From: Heterodontus francisci
Taxonomy: Eukaryota
Direction of reading: 5' to 3'
DNA length: 64,000 nt
Assembly: GCF_036365525.1 (NCBI RefSeq)
Contig: NW_027140807.1
Coordinates: 186,001-250,000 of the forward strand
Shown here piece after piece: positions 1-12,910 of this stretch. The position numbers and the translations under genes are program-made. Below the pieces are notes generated by a model. That model saw only the letters and a program-made list of their open reading frames with translations, was not told the origin of the DNA and searched no databases. Numbering within the stretch: the first letter of the stretch is position 1; every line of letters starts with the position of its first letter.

Positions 1-23
1 GATCCGCTTTCTCAAACACTGCG

Positions 24-848
24 ATACTGCAAGTGCAGAAATAGACAGCGGTGTGAGATGCAGCAGCGTTTCTCAGTGCCAAAGAAAACAGTGTATCGCT
101 GAATCTGACTGCCATAAATGACTCGGATGTGTAATTGGTAACAGTCACTTCTGTTGCAGAATTGAACAGAGCTTCCAGTGCCCTGTCTGGTTGTTGTCTG
201 TACCAGTACATTAAGGTCCAGCCAGTATTGGTCAGCGTGCATCTGAGTGTTGTCGACTCTCCTTCTGCAATCGATAGGATCGAGGGTGACTGTTCCACAG
301 AAGAGGCGAGTATTCCTGTGGAATGGAACATCGATTAAATTATTATTTCAGTGAATAGCGGATTAGAGGAGGGACTGCATTGCAAGAAAGAAAGGGCTTA
401 CATTAACATAGCGCCGTTCAGGACCTCAGAAAGGGCTTTGCAACCAATGTAGTTACTCAATCAGTACTGCCTCTGCGACAGTGCAGCACGCCCTCAGTAC
501 AGCCTCTGCGACAGTGCAGCACTCCCTCAGTACTGCCGGTGCTACATTGCAGCACTACCTCAGTACTGCCTCTGCGACAGTGCAGCACTACCTCAGTACT
601 GCCTCTGTGACAGTGCAGCACTTCTCCAGTACTGCCTCTGCGACAGTGCAGCACTCCCTCAGTCATGCCACCCGGGGTGTTCAGCCTTGATTTTGAGCTG
701 AAGTGTTCTGGAGTGAGACTCTGACACAGGATTGTTCCGGACAGAATCACCGCTAACATTACAGTACGTTATTCGACACAGTTTCTGACTTTGACTTACG
801 TGGGAAGAATGCAGCCATCAAGATTAGACAGAGAACTTCATGCAACAT
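24..848 (-). pseudogene. TRBV: TCR V segment, family A copy 1 (leader 800-848, V exon 24-315): ORF intact, RSS heptamer defective
   Basis: Leader MLHEVLCLILMAAFFP|GTAAGT. V exon reads ILASSVEQSPSILSIAEGESTTLRC...MYWYRQQ...AVYFCTCSI. The heptamer at 17-23 reads CGCAGTG, a 2-bp loss relative to the paralogs. The nonamer lies outside the window. Confidence 0.85.
461..663. repeat. 33-bp minisatellite in family-A V introns (also 2716-2880, 4929-5030, 26505-26700)
   Basis: Unit CAGTACTGCCTCTGCGACAGTGCAGCACTCCCT, with about 6, 5, 3 and 6 copies in the four paralogs. Confidence 0.9.
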
Positions 849-1134
849 GATTTCTTCACCCGATACCAACTCGATGTGTGAACGTGTGGAGTTTTCAACA
901 ACACACTTGCAGGCGGTTTCTATATTATATCCAATTAAATACCCAGCATCCGGTTGTCATTGTGATTGGCAGTCACTTACTGCGACACTCTGCTCCACCC
1001 CATTACTTTGTATAGCAATGTTGTAGAATGATACAACTTAGGAGGATAGGGGGAGATTGAATAGAGGTGTTCACATTTCAGAAAGCGCTTTGATAGAGTA
1101 TAATTCAGGGAAGCAACCCTCTATACCCAGAGAG

Positions 1135-1500
1135 TGTGCCCATCCCTTATTGCCTCTGAGAAGGTGGTGGTGAACCATCTTCGGGAATTACCTGCTGGGC
1201 CATATCAGAGGGCAGTTAATAGTCAACTACATTGCTGTGGGTCTGCAGTCACATATAGGCCAGACCGGGTAAGAATGGCAGATTTCCTTCCCTGAAGGTC
1301 ATCAATGAATACGTTAGGTTTTTACGACACTCCATGTTCAGAATTGCTCTTACTTTCCATTACAGATTTTATTTATTTACTTAATTAAATTTAAATTCAA
1401 TTTCTGCCCTGGTGAGAATTGAACTCATGTCTGGGGATCATTAGTCCAGGCCTCTGGATTACTAGTCCAGTAACATAACTGCTCTGCTACCGTGCCTCCT
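1135..1500 (-). mobile_element. tRNA-derived SINE (copies also at about 3355-3720 and 27175-27540; plus-strand 3' part at about 25570-25790)
   Basis: B-box-like GAGTTCAATTC head, a conserved body and a 3' end like ...GGCAATAAGGGATGGGCA. Dispersed copies occur in both orientations. Confidence 0.6.
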
Positions 1501-2228
1501 TGCTGAATGGCGGTTAAAGGGTTAAATTGTTCACTGGTCTGAACTGCTAGTTTCTTTGAAGAACACATCAAATGTGACTCGAGTCGAAGATGAAAGTGGG
1601 TAAAGAGTTTTCAGCAGCTTCTGAACTGGAGAGGGGTCTCACTTTGAACAGTGTGAAACAGCGCTCAGATGGTTAATGGTTCTGTGCTGAGTTAGTTCCT
1701 GTGCATGAGGGGGTTGTTCGCCTCTGTGTAGTGAAGTTTAGAGGGAGATTAACCAGACTGGTATCAGGGATGAGGGACTTCAGTTACTGTGGAGAGACTG
1801 GAGAAGCTGGGGGTTTCTGCCCTTGGAGCAGAGAAGGTTAATGGTAGATGTGATACAGATATTGAAGATCATAGAGGATTTTGATAGATAATTGATGACT
1901 AACCACATCTTCTACTGGTCAAGATATAGAAAATCTATGAAAAGATAGTCATTCATTACATTACTGCAGTCTGTTTAATTAGTTCATACAAACTGTAATT
2001 ACCTAAAGATAGAGTTAGATAGATAGAGAGACAGAGAGATAGATAACCAGGTAAAGAGATAGATAGATAGAGAGACAGAGAGATAGATAACCAGGTAGAG
2101 AGATAGATAGATAGAGAGACAGAGAGATAAACAATCAGGTGGACAGATAGATATGAACAATAAGCTTCAATCTACTGCTGACCCCTGCCAGTTGAAGATG
2201 AGCACTGAACTCCCGTTCATCCGCTGCA

Positions 2229-2267
2229 GGTTTTTGCAGCTGCGGATCCGCTTTCTCAAACACTGTG
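2229..2267 (-). promoter_or_regulatory. 23-RSS of family A copy 2
   Basis: CACAGTG, 23-bp spacer, GCAAAAACC. Confidence 0.92.
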
Positions 2268-3069
2268 CGATACTACAAGCGCAGAAATAGACAGCGGTGT
2301 GAGATGGAGCGGCGTCTCTCAGTGCAAAAGTAAACAGTGTATCGCTGGCTCTGTCTGCCTTAAATGACTCGGACGTGTAATTGGTGACAGACCCTGTTCC
2401 AACAGAATAGAACAGAGCTTCCAGTGCCCTGTCTGGCTGTTGTCTGTACTAGTACATTGCAGGATAGCCAGTATTCTTCAGCGTGCATCTGAGTGTTGTC
2501 GACTCTCCTGCGGAAATCGATAGGATAGAGGGCGACTGTTCCACATAGGAGGAGAGTATTCCTGTGGGACGGAACATCGATTAGATTATTATTTCAGTCA
2601 ATAATGGATTGGAGCAGGGGCTGCATTACAAGAAAGAGAGGGCTTACATAAATATATCGCCGTTCAGGACCTCAGGGCATCAGAAACGGCTTTGCAACCA
2701 ATGTAGTTACTCCCTCATTACTGCCTCTGCGAAAGTGCGGCACTCCCTCAGTACTGCCTCTGCAACAGTGCAGCACTCCCTCAGTACTGCCTCTGCGACA
2801 GTGCAGCACTCCCTCAGTACAGCCTCTGCGACAGTGCAGCACACCCTCAGTACTGCCTCTGCGTCAGTCCAGCACTCCCACAGCCCTGACACCTGGGGTA
2901 TTAGTTTTGACTTTGAGCTCAAGTGTTCTGGAGTGAGACTCTGACACAGCAGTGTGATGGAACAGGATCACCGCTGACATTACAATACATTATTCGACAC
3001 AGTTTCTGACTTTGACTTACGTGGGAAGAGTGCAGCCATCAAGATTAGACTGAGAACTTCATGCAACAT
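2268..3069 (-). pseudogene. TRBV: TCR V segment, family A copy 2 (leader 3021-3069, V exon 2268-2561)
   Basis: The conserved Trp codon is TAG (2449-2451; ATG TAC TAG TAC AGA). The RSS is intact. Confidence 0.9.
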
Positions 3070-4441
3070 GATTTCTTCATTCGATACTAACTCGATGTGT
3101 GAACGTGTGGCGTTTTCAACAACACACTTGCAGGCGGTTTCTATATTGTATCCAATTAAATACCCAGCATCCGGTTGTCATTGTGATTGGCAGTCACTTA
3201 CTGCACACTCTGCTCCACCCCATTACATTGTATAGCAATGTTGTAGAATGATACAACACAGGAGGATAGGGGGAGATTGAATAGAGGTGTTCACATTTCA
3301 GAAAGGGATTTGATAGAGTAGAATTCAGGGAAACTACCCTCTATACCCAGAGAGTGTGCCCATCCCTTATTGCCCCTGAGAAGGTGATGGTGAACCATCT
3401 TCGGGAATACCTGCTGGGCCATATCAGAGGGCAGTTAACAGTCAACCACATTGCTGTGGGTCTGCAGTCACATATAGGCCAGACCTGGTAGGAATGGTGG
3501 ATTTCCTTCCCTGAAGGTAATCAATGAAGACGTTGGGTTTTTAAGACACTCCATGTTCAGGATTACTCATACTTTCCATTCTAGATTTTTATTTATTTAA
3601 TTAATTGAATTTAAATTGCATTTCTGCCCCGGTGGGAATTGAACTCAAGTCTGGGGATCATTAGTCCAGGCCTCTGGATTACTAGCCCAGTAACATAACT
3701 GCCCTGCTGCCGAACCTCCGTGGTGAATGGGAGTTAAAGGGTTAAAGTGTTCACTGGTCTGAACTGCTAGTTTCTTTGAAGAACACATCAAATGTGACTC
3801 GAGTCTAAGATGAAAGTGGGTAAAGAGTTTTCAGCAGCTTCTGAACTCGCTGTCAGGAGGCAGGTGTCCCAGAGATGAAGGTATCTGGAGAGGGGTCTCA
3901 CTTTGAACAGTGTGAAACAGCGCTCAGATGGTTAATGGTTCTGCGCTGAGTTAGTTCCTGTGCATTGGGGGGTTGTTCGCCTCTGTTTAGTGAAGGTTAG
4001 AGGGAGATTAACCAGACTGGTATCAGGGATGAGGGACTTCAGTTACAGTGGAGAGACTGGAGAAGCTGGGGGTTTCTGCCCTTAGAGCAGAGAAGGTTAA
4101 TTAGATGTGATACAGATATTGAAGATCATAGAGGATTTTGATAGATAATAGATGACAAACCACATCATCTACTGGTCAATATATAGAAAATCAATGAAAA
4201 GATGGTCATTCATTACATTACTGCAGTATGTTTAATTAGTTCATACAAACTGTAATTACCTAAATATAGATTTAGATAGATAGAGAGACAGAGAGATAGA
4301 TAACCAGGTAAAGAGATAGATAGATAGAGAGACAGAGAGATAAACAATCAGGTGGACAGATAGATATGAACAATAAGCTTCAATCTACTGCTGCCCCCTG
4401 CCAGTTGAAGATGAGCACTGAACTCCCGTTCATCCGCTGCA

Positions 4442-4480
4442 GGTTTTTGCAGCTGCTGATCCGCTTTCTCAAACACTGTG
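4442..4480 (-). promoter_or_regulatory. 23-RSS of family A copy 3
   Basis: CACAGTG, 23-bp spacer, GCAAAAACC. Confidence 0.93.
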
Positions 4481-5216
4481 TGACACTACAAGCGCAGAAA
4501 TAGACAGCGGTGTGAGACGGAGCGGCGTCTTTCAGTGCCAAAGTAAACAGTGTATTGCTGGCTCTGTCTGCCTTAAATGACTCGGACGTGTAATTGGTGA
4601 CAGACCCTGTTCCAGCAGAATAGAACAGAGCTTCCAGTGCCCTGTCTGCTTGTTGTCTGTACCAGTACATTAATGTGTAGCCAGTATTCTTCAGCGTGCA
4701 TCTGAGTGTTGTCGACTCTCCTGCGGAAAGCGATAGGATAGAGGGTGACTGTTCCACATAGGAGGAGAGTATTCCTGTGGGACGGAACATCGATTAGATT
4801 ATTATTTCAGTCAATAATGGATTGGAGCAGAGGCTGCATTACAAGAAAGAGAGGGCTTACATTAATATATCGCCGTTCAGGACCTCAGGGCATCAGAAAG
4901 GGCTTTGCAACCAATGTAGTTACTCCCTCAGTACTGCCTCTGCGACAGTGCGGCACTCCCTCAGTACTGCCTCTGCGACAGTGCAGCACACCCGCAGTAC
5001 TGCCTCTGCGACAGTCCAGCACTCCCTCAGCCCTGACACCTGGGGTGTTAGTTTTGACTTTGAGCTCAAGTGTTCTGGAGTGAGACTCTGACACAGCAGT
5101 GTTATGGAACAGAATCACTGCTGACATTACAATACATTATTCGACACAGTTTCTGACTTTGACTTACGTGGGAAGAGTGCAGCCATCAAGATTAGACTGA
5201 GATCTTCATGCAACAT
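4481..5216 (-). CDS. TRBV: TCR V segment, family A copy 3, apparently functional (leader 5168-5216, V exon 4481-4774)
   Basis: Leader MLHEDLSLILMAALFP and a GT-AG intron. V domain has both canonical Cys and the Trp (LRC, MYWYRQ, YFCACS). Confidence 0.92.
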
Positions 5217-7265
5217 GATTTCTTCATTCGATACGAACTCGATGTGTGAACGTGTGGAGTTTTCAACAACACACTTGCAGGCAGTTTCTATATTGTATCC
5301 AATTAAATACCCAGCATCCGGTTGTCATTGTGATTGGCAGTCACTTACTGCGACACTCTGCTCCACCCCATTGCATTGTGTAGCAATGTTGTAGAATGAT
5401 GCAACACAGGAGGATAGGGGGAGATTGAATAGAGGTGTTCACATTTCAGAAAGGGATTTGATAGAGTAGAATTCAGGGAAACAACCCTCTGTACCCGGAG
5501 AGTGTGCCCATCCCTTATTGCCCTTGAGTTGGTGGTGGTGAACCATCTTCGGGAATGCCTGCTGGGCAGTTAATAGTCAACAACATTGCCGTTGGTCTGG
5601 AGGCACATATAGGCCAGACCGGGTAAGAACGGCATATTTCACTATGTTCACTATGGAGAAGGATGATGTAGGTGTAGATATCAGGGAGGGGGGTTGTGAT
5701 ATACTTGAACATATTTGCTTTTAAAGGGAGGAGTATTAGCTGTTTTAGCAGTCTTAAAAGTGGATAAGACCGCAGCCCGGATGAGACATATCCCAGGCTG
5801 TTATGTGAGGCAAGGGAGGAGATTTCAGGGCCTCCGACACAAATTTTCAATTCTCTCTGGCCACAGGAGTGGTCTCAGAGGACTGGAGGACAGCGAATGT
5901 TGTACCATTATTCAAGAAGGACACTTGTGCTCTTCTGAGCTCGCTGTCAGGAGGCAGGTGTCCCAGAGATGAATTTATCTGGAGAGGGATCTCGCCTTTC
6001 AACAGTGTGAAACAGCGCTCAGATGGTTAAGGGTTCCGAGCTGAGTTAGTTCCTGTTCATTGGGGGGTTGTTCGCCTCTGTGTAGTGAAGGTTAGAGGGA
6101 GATTAACCAGACTGGTACCAGGGATGAGGGAGTTCAATTACTGTGGAGAGACTGGAGAAGCTGGGGGTTTCTCTCCTGAGAGCAGAGAAGGTTAATGGTA
6201 GATGTGATACAGATATTGAAGGTGATAAAAGATTTTGATAGATAATTGATGACAAACCACATCATCTACTGGTCAATGTATAGAAAATCCTGGAAAAGAT
6301 GGTCATTCATTATATTAGTGCAGCATGTTTAATTAGTTCATACAAAGTGTAATCACCTAAATATAAAGTTGGATAGATAGAGAGACAGAGAGATAGATCA
6401 CCAGGTAGAGAGATAGATTGATATCGAGAGAGGTAGAGAAATAGAGAGTTGGAGGGAAAGTCAGACAGGTAGAGAAATAGCGAGCTACATAGAGAGACAG
6501 TCACTGCCCCTGTAAAAGACAGGAATGTTAATTCGCAAACTCCCATTTTACGCCGGCTTTGTAGCTAGTGGTAGAGTGGGGAATAGAGAGAGAGGGAGCG
6601 AGAGAGATGGAGAGAGAGGGATGGAGAGAGAGGGATGGAGAGAGAGGGATGGAGCGAGAGGGATGGAGAGAGGGAGCGACAGAAAGTTATTGATAAGTCA
6701 TGAACTCATTGAAGGGCGGAGTTTTTTCGAGGTGATGAATGTTCTCCTTGTGTTCCCAGGTCACTGTTAAAGTGTGTTCCAGACTCTGATGTTTATCATG
6801 GTCCAACAGCGCACTCTGCTGTCCCTTTGGAGAAAGAAAACGCAGTGAAATAAAACCACACCGTATCTATCTATCTGTCTATCTGACTGTCTGTCTGTCT
6901 GTCTGTTTTTATCTGATCTTCATTTCAGATATTAAAATCTTTAATAATCTCTCTTAGACCGCTGAAAGTTTACCCTTGTCTTCTCCTTTCTGGAGAAATA
7001 ATCCCCCGATGTACAAACTATCTTGATAACTTTAACCTCTGTGTTCTGATATCATTCCTGTCAAGTCTATTTCACAATTCCCCTGTGTTTCTATATCTAA
7101 CCTCTCAATTTCTATTTAAATACGCCCTGTCTTCTTGTGAAAAACATGTTACCAATGATAAAAACACCCAACAGGACGCAGCACCGCCTGGTTTTATCTG
7201 AAACAAGTATTTCCTGCTGCCTTTAGGGTTTTTCTTGAACTGCTCCATCGCTCTGAGTCACTGTG

Positions 7266-7721
7266 AAGACTCCAGGCACAGAAATACACGGCCGAGTGAT
7301 TCTCCCACAGGCTGAAGGACTCCAGGTTGAACTCGCACTAATCAGGTCTCTCGGCGGTGAAACCATCCACCGTCCCCTCTGGATCCACATAGTTAGCAGT
7401 ACTGGAGTAAAACATCAACAGCAGCTCCTTCCCCAGCTCTTGTCTGTACCAGTACATGTTGAAGTTTCTGCGGCTCCCCTCCACAGTGCACCTCAGTTCC
7501 ACTCCTTTCCCGGGAAATCTGGAGACAGCGGCGGGTGTCTGGTGGATAGTCTGTGAGTTCACATCTGGGAGAGAGATGGAGAGAGGAGGAGATCAGTAAA
7601 CAGGGAACATCTGGGAATGAAAGGGAGACAGGGAGAGGAGAGGAAAGTTATTAACGATAATCTTTGTATTTCACACTCACTTACGGTGAAACAGGATTAT
7701 CAGACCCAGTAACAGATTCAT
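7266..7721 (-). pseudogene. TRBV: TCR V segment, family B copy 1 (leader 7685-7721, V exon 7266-7564)
   Basis: VNSQTIHQTP...CTV...MYWYRQ...ERPD* with an in-frame TAG at 7338-7340. RSS at 7227-7265 is CACAGTG-23-AGAAAAACC. Confidence 0.9.
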
Positions 7722-7908
7722 CTTTCACTTCAACTTGTTCTCTTAATAGACACAGGAGTGAGAGCAGGAGCTTAGAGTCTTGTGAAGGTCCAAATCCACT
7801 CTTTACAAATCATTGGGAGGAACATGAAGAGCATTAGGAAGTGATACAATGTTGGAGACGCCCATTCCCCCAGGTCAACAAATCAGAATTGAATTGGCTG
7901 CCAATCTG

Positions 7909-7953
<45 letters not shown>

Positions 7954-8901
7954 ATATCTATCTCTATCAGAGTTTACCTTCCGCTCTCTTGCACTCCCTC
8001 TCTGTCTCTCTCTCTCTCTCACCTCATGTGTCTCGGGATATGTCTCCCACTCTCTTCCTTTCTCAGATTCTCTCTCCCTCTCTATCTCAGTCTGTCTTCA
8101 CTCACTTTCTCTCTCTGACTCTCCCTCTCTCCTCATATATCTAAGGTTATGTCTCCCATTCTCTCCTTCTCTCTGACTCTCCCTCTCTCATACTCTTGTT
8201 ATCTCTTTAGTTATTTCCCTTTCTCTGCCTCTCTCTAGATCTATCTCCCTATCCATCACAGGCTCTTTATCACAGTCTCTCTTTCTCTCCGTCTCTCTCT
8301 CAGTGTCCCTCTCTCTCTCATTATGTGTCTCTTGCTGTCTCACTGTCCTTGCCTCTATCTCCGTCTCCCTCTCTGTCTCAGTCACTTTAACTCTGTCTGT
8401 CGTTTTTCCTCTCAATCACTGAACCTCGCTCTCTCTTTTACACACATGCACTCTCTTTCTCTCTCTAAAGGAGTGGGTGTCCTTGTCCTGCTAATGTGTA
8501 TCAAGCTGGATCGACATGATCTCCTGCTATCTTAGTTGTCTCACTAAATCCTTCTCAAAGCCATTGTCTGGTCCATGGTCCTGGATCCCCCTCTGCTGTC
8601 CCTGTGGAGAAGGTAAACACAGGGTCAGTGCATAAAAACCCAGATTATTGTCATTGATTCCTGATAGTTACATTCTGAGATCTCGTGACATCCTCATTAA
8701 TCGTTCATTGCACCCTCGGCAGCACCTGTAAATCTAGTGTGTCACTATAATCATAACTCAACTCTTTTTTTTTGTAACAAACACTTTCACTCTGCATAAG
8801 GAAACAACAGGTAGAGGCACCAAACGGTTTTATCCCCCACAGGTGTTTCCTGCTGCCTTTGGGATTTTTGTTGAACTGCTCCATCTCTCTGAGTCACTGT
8901 G

Positions 8902-9367
8902 GTCTTTCCAGGCACAGAAATACACGGCCGAGTGATTCTCCCGCAGGCTGGAGGACTCCAGGTTGAACTCAGAGTCAGTCGGTCTCTCGGCGGTGAAACC
9001 CTCCACCGTCCCCTCTGAGTCCACTCTTTGTGCAGTTAGGGAGTAAAACATCAGTTGCAGTTGTACCAGTACATGTAAGGGTTACTGGTACCATCCACGG
9101 TGCATTTCAGCTTCACCTGCTCCTCAGAACATCTGGAGACAGTGGCGGGAGTCTGGAGGATAGTCTGTGAGTTCACATCTGGGAAAGAGACAGGGAGAGG
9201 AGGAGATCAGTATACAGGGAAATTCAGTCCAGTGGGGAGAGAGAAAGAGAGAGAAGCAGAGAACGAAATAAATAAAAACATATCCTAAAGAAATGTTAAG
9301 TAGATTTATTGTTTCAATAAAATTCCTTACGGTGAAACAGGGTGATCAGAGTCAGTAACAGATACAC
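8902..9367 (-). pseudogene. TRBV: TCR V segment, family B copy 2 (leader 9331-9367, V exon 8902-9178)
   Basis: A 19-bp frameshifting deletion in FR2 near 9060 relative to the paralog at 15.5 kb. The start codon reads GTG. RSS at 8863-8901 is CACAGTG-23-ACAAAAATC. Confidence 0.88.
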
Positions 9368-11289
9368 CTTTTACTTGAAGCTGCCTTCTGAATCTGCAAA
9401 GGGGAGAGAGCAGGAGTGATGAGTGTTGTTAATAACCAACCCACTCTTTACAAATCATTGGGAGGAACAGGGAGAGCGTTAGGAAGTGATGCAGAGATGG
9501 TGACGTTCATTTCCCACATCAACAAATGAGAATCGAGTTGGTTGCCAATGTCCCACTTTCTCTCTCTCTCTCTGTCTCTCCCTGTCCTTTACTTGTGATG
9601 CTCCTTTCTTCCTCTCTGTCTCTCTTCTGTGCCTCCCTATATGTCTCAGTCTGTTTATTTCAGACTCTCTCTCACAGATACACACACATTAGGTCTCTCT
9701 CTCTGTCTTTGTTTGTCTCTCTCGCTGTGTGTGTGTGTCTCTCTCTCTCTCTCTTTGTCTCACTCTCTGTCTCTCTCGCTGTGTGTGTCTCTCTCTCTCT
9801 CTTCTCGCTCTCTAAGGATGTGGATTTCCTTCTCCTGGTCATGTATATCAACCTGGAGGACTGTATGTTCTCTCACTGTTTCAGTTTTCCTGTGAACTCC
9901 TTCTCAAAAGCCATTGTACATCACATGGTCCTAGAGCTTCCTCAGCTGTCCCTGTGGTGAAAACATAAACAGTGTCAGTCTATAACAGCCCCAGTCCTTT
10001 TATTGTTATTCTTTCCTGATAGTTACAATCCTGAGATCACGGGATATTCTTCTTCAATGAGCTGGAAGATGAATGGGCACGGATACAAAGCTGTGCATGT
10101 GTGTGCGTGTGTTTTTCACTTGCTCTGTCTTTAGTTCACTGTCTCCCTCTGTTTTACTGCTCTCTGTCTTTCTCGCGCTGTCTCTTTCTGTGTGTGTGTC
10201 TGTTTGTCTTCCAATCTGTCTCAGTCTCTTCCTCTGTGTTTTTTTGTTTTTCTCTCGCACTTCCTTCTTCCCCCTCTCTGTCCTCCTCTCTCTCCTCTGT
10301 CTGTCTCTCTGTCTCAGTCGCTTTCCCTCAGTCGCTTTCTCACAGTCTCTCTCTCTCAGTCTCTCTCTCTCAGTCTCTCTCTCCCTGTCTCTCTCTCTCT
10401 CAGTCTCTCGCTCTCAGTTTCTCTCTCCCTCAGTCTCTCTATCTCTCTGTCTCTCTGTCCCTCTCTCTCTCTGTCTCTCTCTGTCTCTCAGTCTCTCTCT
10501 CTCAGTCTCTCTCACTGTTTCTCTGTCTCAGTTTCTCTGTCTCAGTCTCTTCCTCTGTGTTTTTTGTTTTCCCTCTCGCTCTTTCTTGTTCCCCCTCTCT
10601 GTCCTCCTCGCTCTCCTCTCTCTTCTCTCTGTCTCNNNNNNNNNNNNNNNNNNNNNNNNNNNNNNNNNNNNNNNNNNNNNNNNNNNNNNNNNNNNNNNNN
10701 NNNNNNNNNNNNNNNNNNNNNNNNNNNNNNNNNNNNNNNNNNNNNNNNNNNNNNNNNNNNNNNNNNNNNNNNNNAATCTTGTTCTATCCCTCTCTCACAC
10801 ACGCGGTCTCCCTCTCTTTGTCTCTCTCGTTGAGTGTGTGTGTATCCCTCTCTAAGGTGATGAATGTGCTTCTCCTGTCAATGTGTCGGAAGCTCGAGGG
10901 CTGTTTGACCTCTGCCTCTTTCTGTTTTCCTGTTAAATGTTTGCCCGGCCATTGTGTATTCATGGTCCGAGAGCACCCTCTGTTAACCCTATATAGGAGG
11001 AAAACTCAGTGTCAATGCAGAAAAACTCAAGTCGTTTTATAGTTGATCTTTCCTGATAGTTACAACCTCAGATCTGGCGTCACCTTGTTAATTGTTCATT
11101 GCACAATCTCCACTATCTGTATATCTAATCTCTCACTACCACTCTGACCCATCTCTTCTTGTTATCATAAACACTTTGGCTCTGCAAAACGAAAGAAATT
11201 CGAGGCTTCGGGCAGTTTTACCCTCCACAGGTGTTTCCTGCTGCCTTTGGTGTTTTTGTTGAACTGCTCCAACTCTCTGAGTCACTGTG

Positions 11290-11763
11290 ATCTCTCCAGG
11301 CACTGAAATACACGGCCGTGTGATTCTCCCGCAGGCTGGAGGGCTCCAGATTGAACTGGGAGCTAGTCGGTCTCTCGGCGGTGAAACCGTCCACCGCCTT
11401 CTCCGGATTTATGTGATCAGTACCTGTGGAGTAAAACATAAACTGTGGCTCCTTCCCCGGGTATTGTCTGTACCAGAACATGTCAGGGTTACTGCTGCCC
11501 TGCACGGTGCATTTCAGCTTCACCTGCTCCTCAGAAAATTTGGAGACAGCGGCGGGAGTCTGGTGGATATTCTGTGAGTTCACATCTGGGAAAGAGACAG
11601 GGAGAGGAGGAGATCAGTAAACAGGGAACTTCAGTCCAGTGGGAGAGAGACAGAGAGAAATAAATAAATAAAATCATCACCTAAAGAAATGTTAAGTAGA
11701 ATTACTGTTTCAATAAAATGCCTTCCGGTGAAACAGGTTGATCAGAGTCAGTAACAGATACAT
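11290..11763 (-). pseudogene. TRBV: TCR V segment, family B copy 3 (leader 11727-11763, V exon 11290-11585)
   Basis: The second Cys is Ser (YFSAW) and the leader splice donor GT is GG. RSS at 11251-11289 has a 23-bp spacer. Confidence 0.88.
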
Positions 11764-12369
11764 CATTTACTTTAAGCTGCCCTCTGAATCAGCAAAGGGG
11801 AGAGAGCAGGAGTGATGAGTGTTGTTAATAACCAACCCACTCTTTACAAATCATTGGGAGGAACAGGAAGAGCATTAGGAAGTGATGCAGAGATGGTGAC
11901 GCCCAGGTAAACAAGTCAGAGTGGAGTAGGTTGACAATGTCTCTCTCTCTCTCTCTATCTGCATACATCCAGCTTTATGTCTGCAACTCTTTCACTCTTT
12001 TTTCTCTCTCTGTATCTGTGTGTGTTTGTGAGTGTGTGCATCTTTCTGTCTCTGTCTCCCTCTGTCCCGTACATTTCCACTGAGCCACTACGTCTCCCTG
12101 ATTCACCCTCTCTGTCTCTGTGTTTCATCACCGGATTGATTGAGAACCAGAGGTCACTTATTGATGGTAATTGGCAGAAGATCCAAAGGTGAACTGAGGA
12201 AACGTTTTGACACAGTGAATGGTTAGGATCTGGAATGCACTACCTGAGAGTGCGGGGGAGGCAGTTTCAATCGTCGCTTTCAAAAGGAAATTTGAATAAT
12301 TATGTGCAAGGAAAATATGCAGTGTTATTTAGAAAGGGCAGGAGGAGTGGGACTAGCTGCAGAGACCAA

Positions 12370-12910
12370 GTACAGCAACAGGCTAACAGCATTGTGGAAC
12401 ATCCTGCATTCAGGCTGCAACTGTGACCCTGAGATTCTAGTTAGCGGATACTTTTAATTCTCATTCCCACTCCCACCTCTCTGTACTCGACCTCCTTCTC
12501 TGCTCCAGTGAAGTTCAACAGAAACTCGAAGAAAAGCACATCATCTTTCAATTGGATACTTTGCAGCTTTCTGGGCTCAACAGTGAGTTAAACAATTTCT
12601 GATCGTAACAACTGCTCCGGTTTATATGGGCAGAGGTTTGTTGGTAATAATTGTGTTTCTGCTATTTTCACCTCCTCTAGACCCATCTCTTGTTCTTTAC
12701 TTGACCCATTAACATCTCCTTTGTCTTGCACCAGCCTCAGTTTTGTTATTAAATCTCTCCTGCATTCCTCCCATTCTCCCTCTCCCTGGCTTTCTGCTGC
12801 TTAAAAGCTGATAGATCACTAAATCCTTCCAGTTCTGTTGAAAGGTCTACGACCTGATATGTTAATTTTTCCTCCTCCACAGAGGCTGTCTGACCTGATT
12901 AGTATTTCCA
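12370..12910 (+). mobile_element. Penelope-like retroelement 3' fragment (GIY-YIG C-terminus); duplicate at about 18800-19340
   Basis: The 18.9-kb copy translates FNSHSH...DLSVL...KLEEKHIIFQLDSLQLSGLNNELNNF*, which resembles the Penelope endonuclease C-terminus. Confidence 0.6.

Noticed and set aside
457-759. ORFs with (HSLSTASATVQ)n or (HCRRGSTEGVL)n repeats
   Set aside because: They are translations of the intronic 33-bp minisatellite. Its GACAGTG lacks the CAC needed for a cryptic RSS.
10073-11042. Long S/L/C/V-rich ORFs (also 16.5-17.5 kb and 47.5-48.5 kb)
   Set aside because: They are (CT)n microsatellite artefacts, some running through N gaps.
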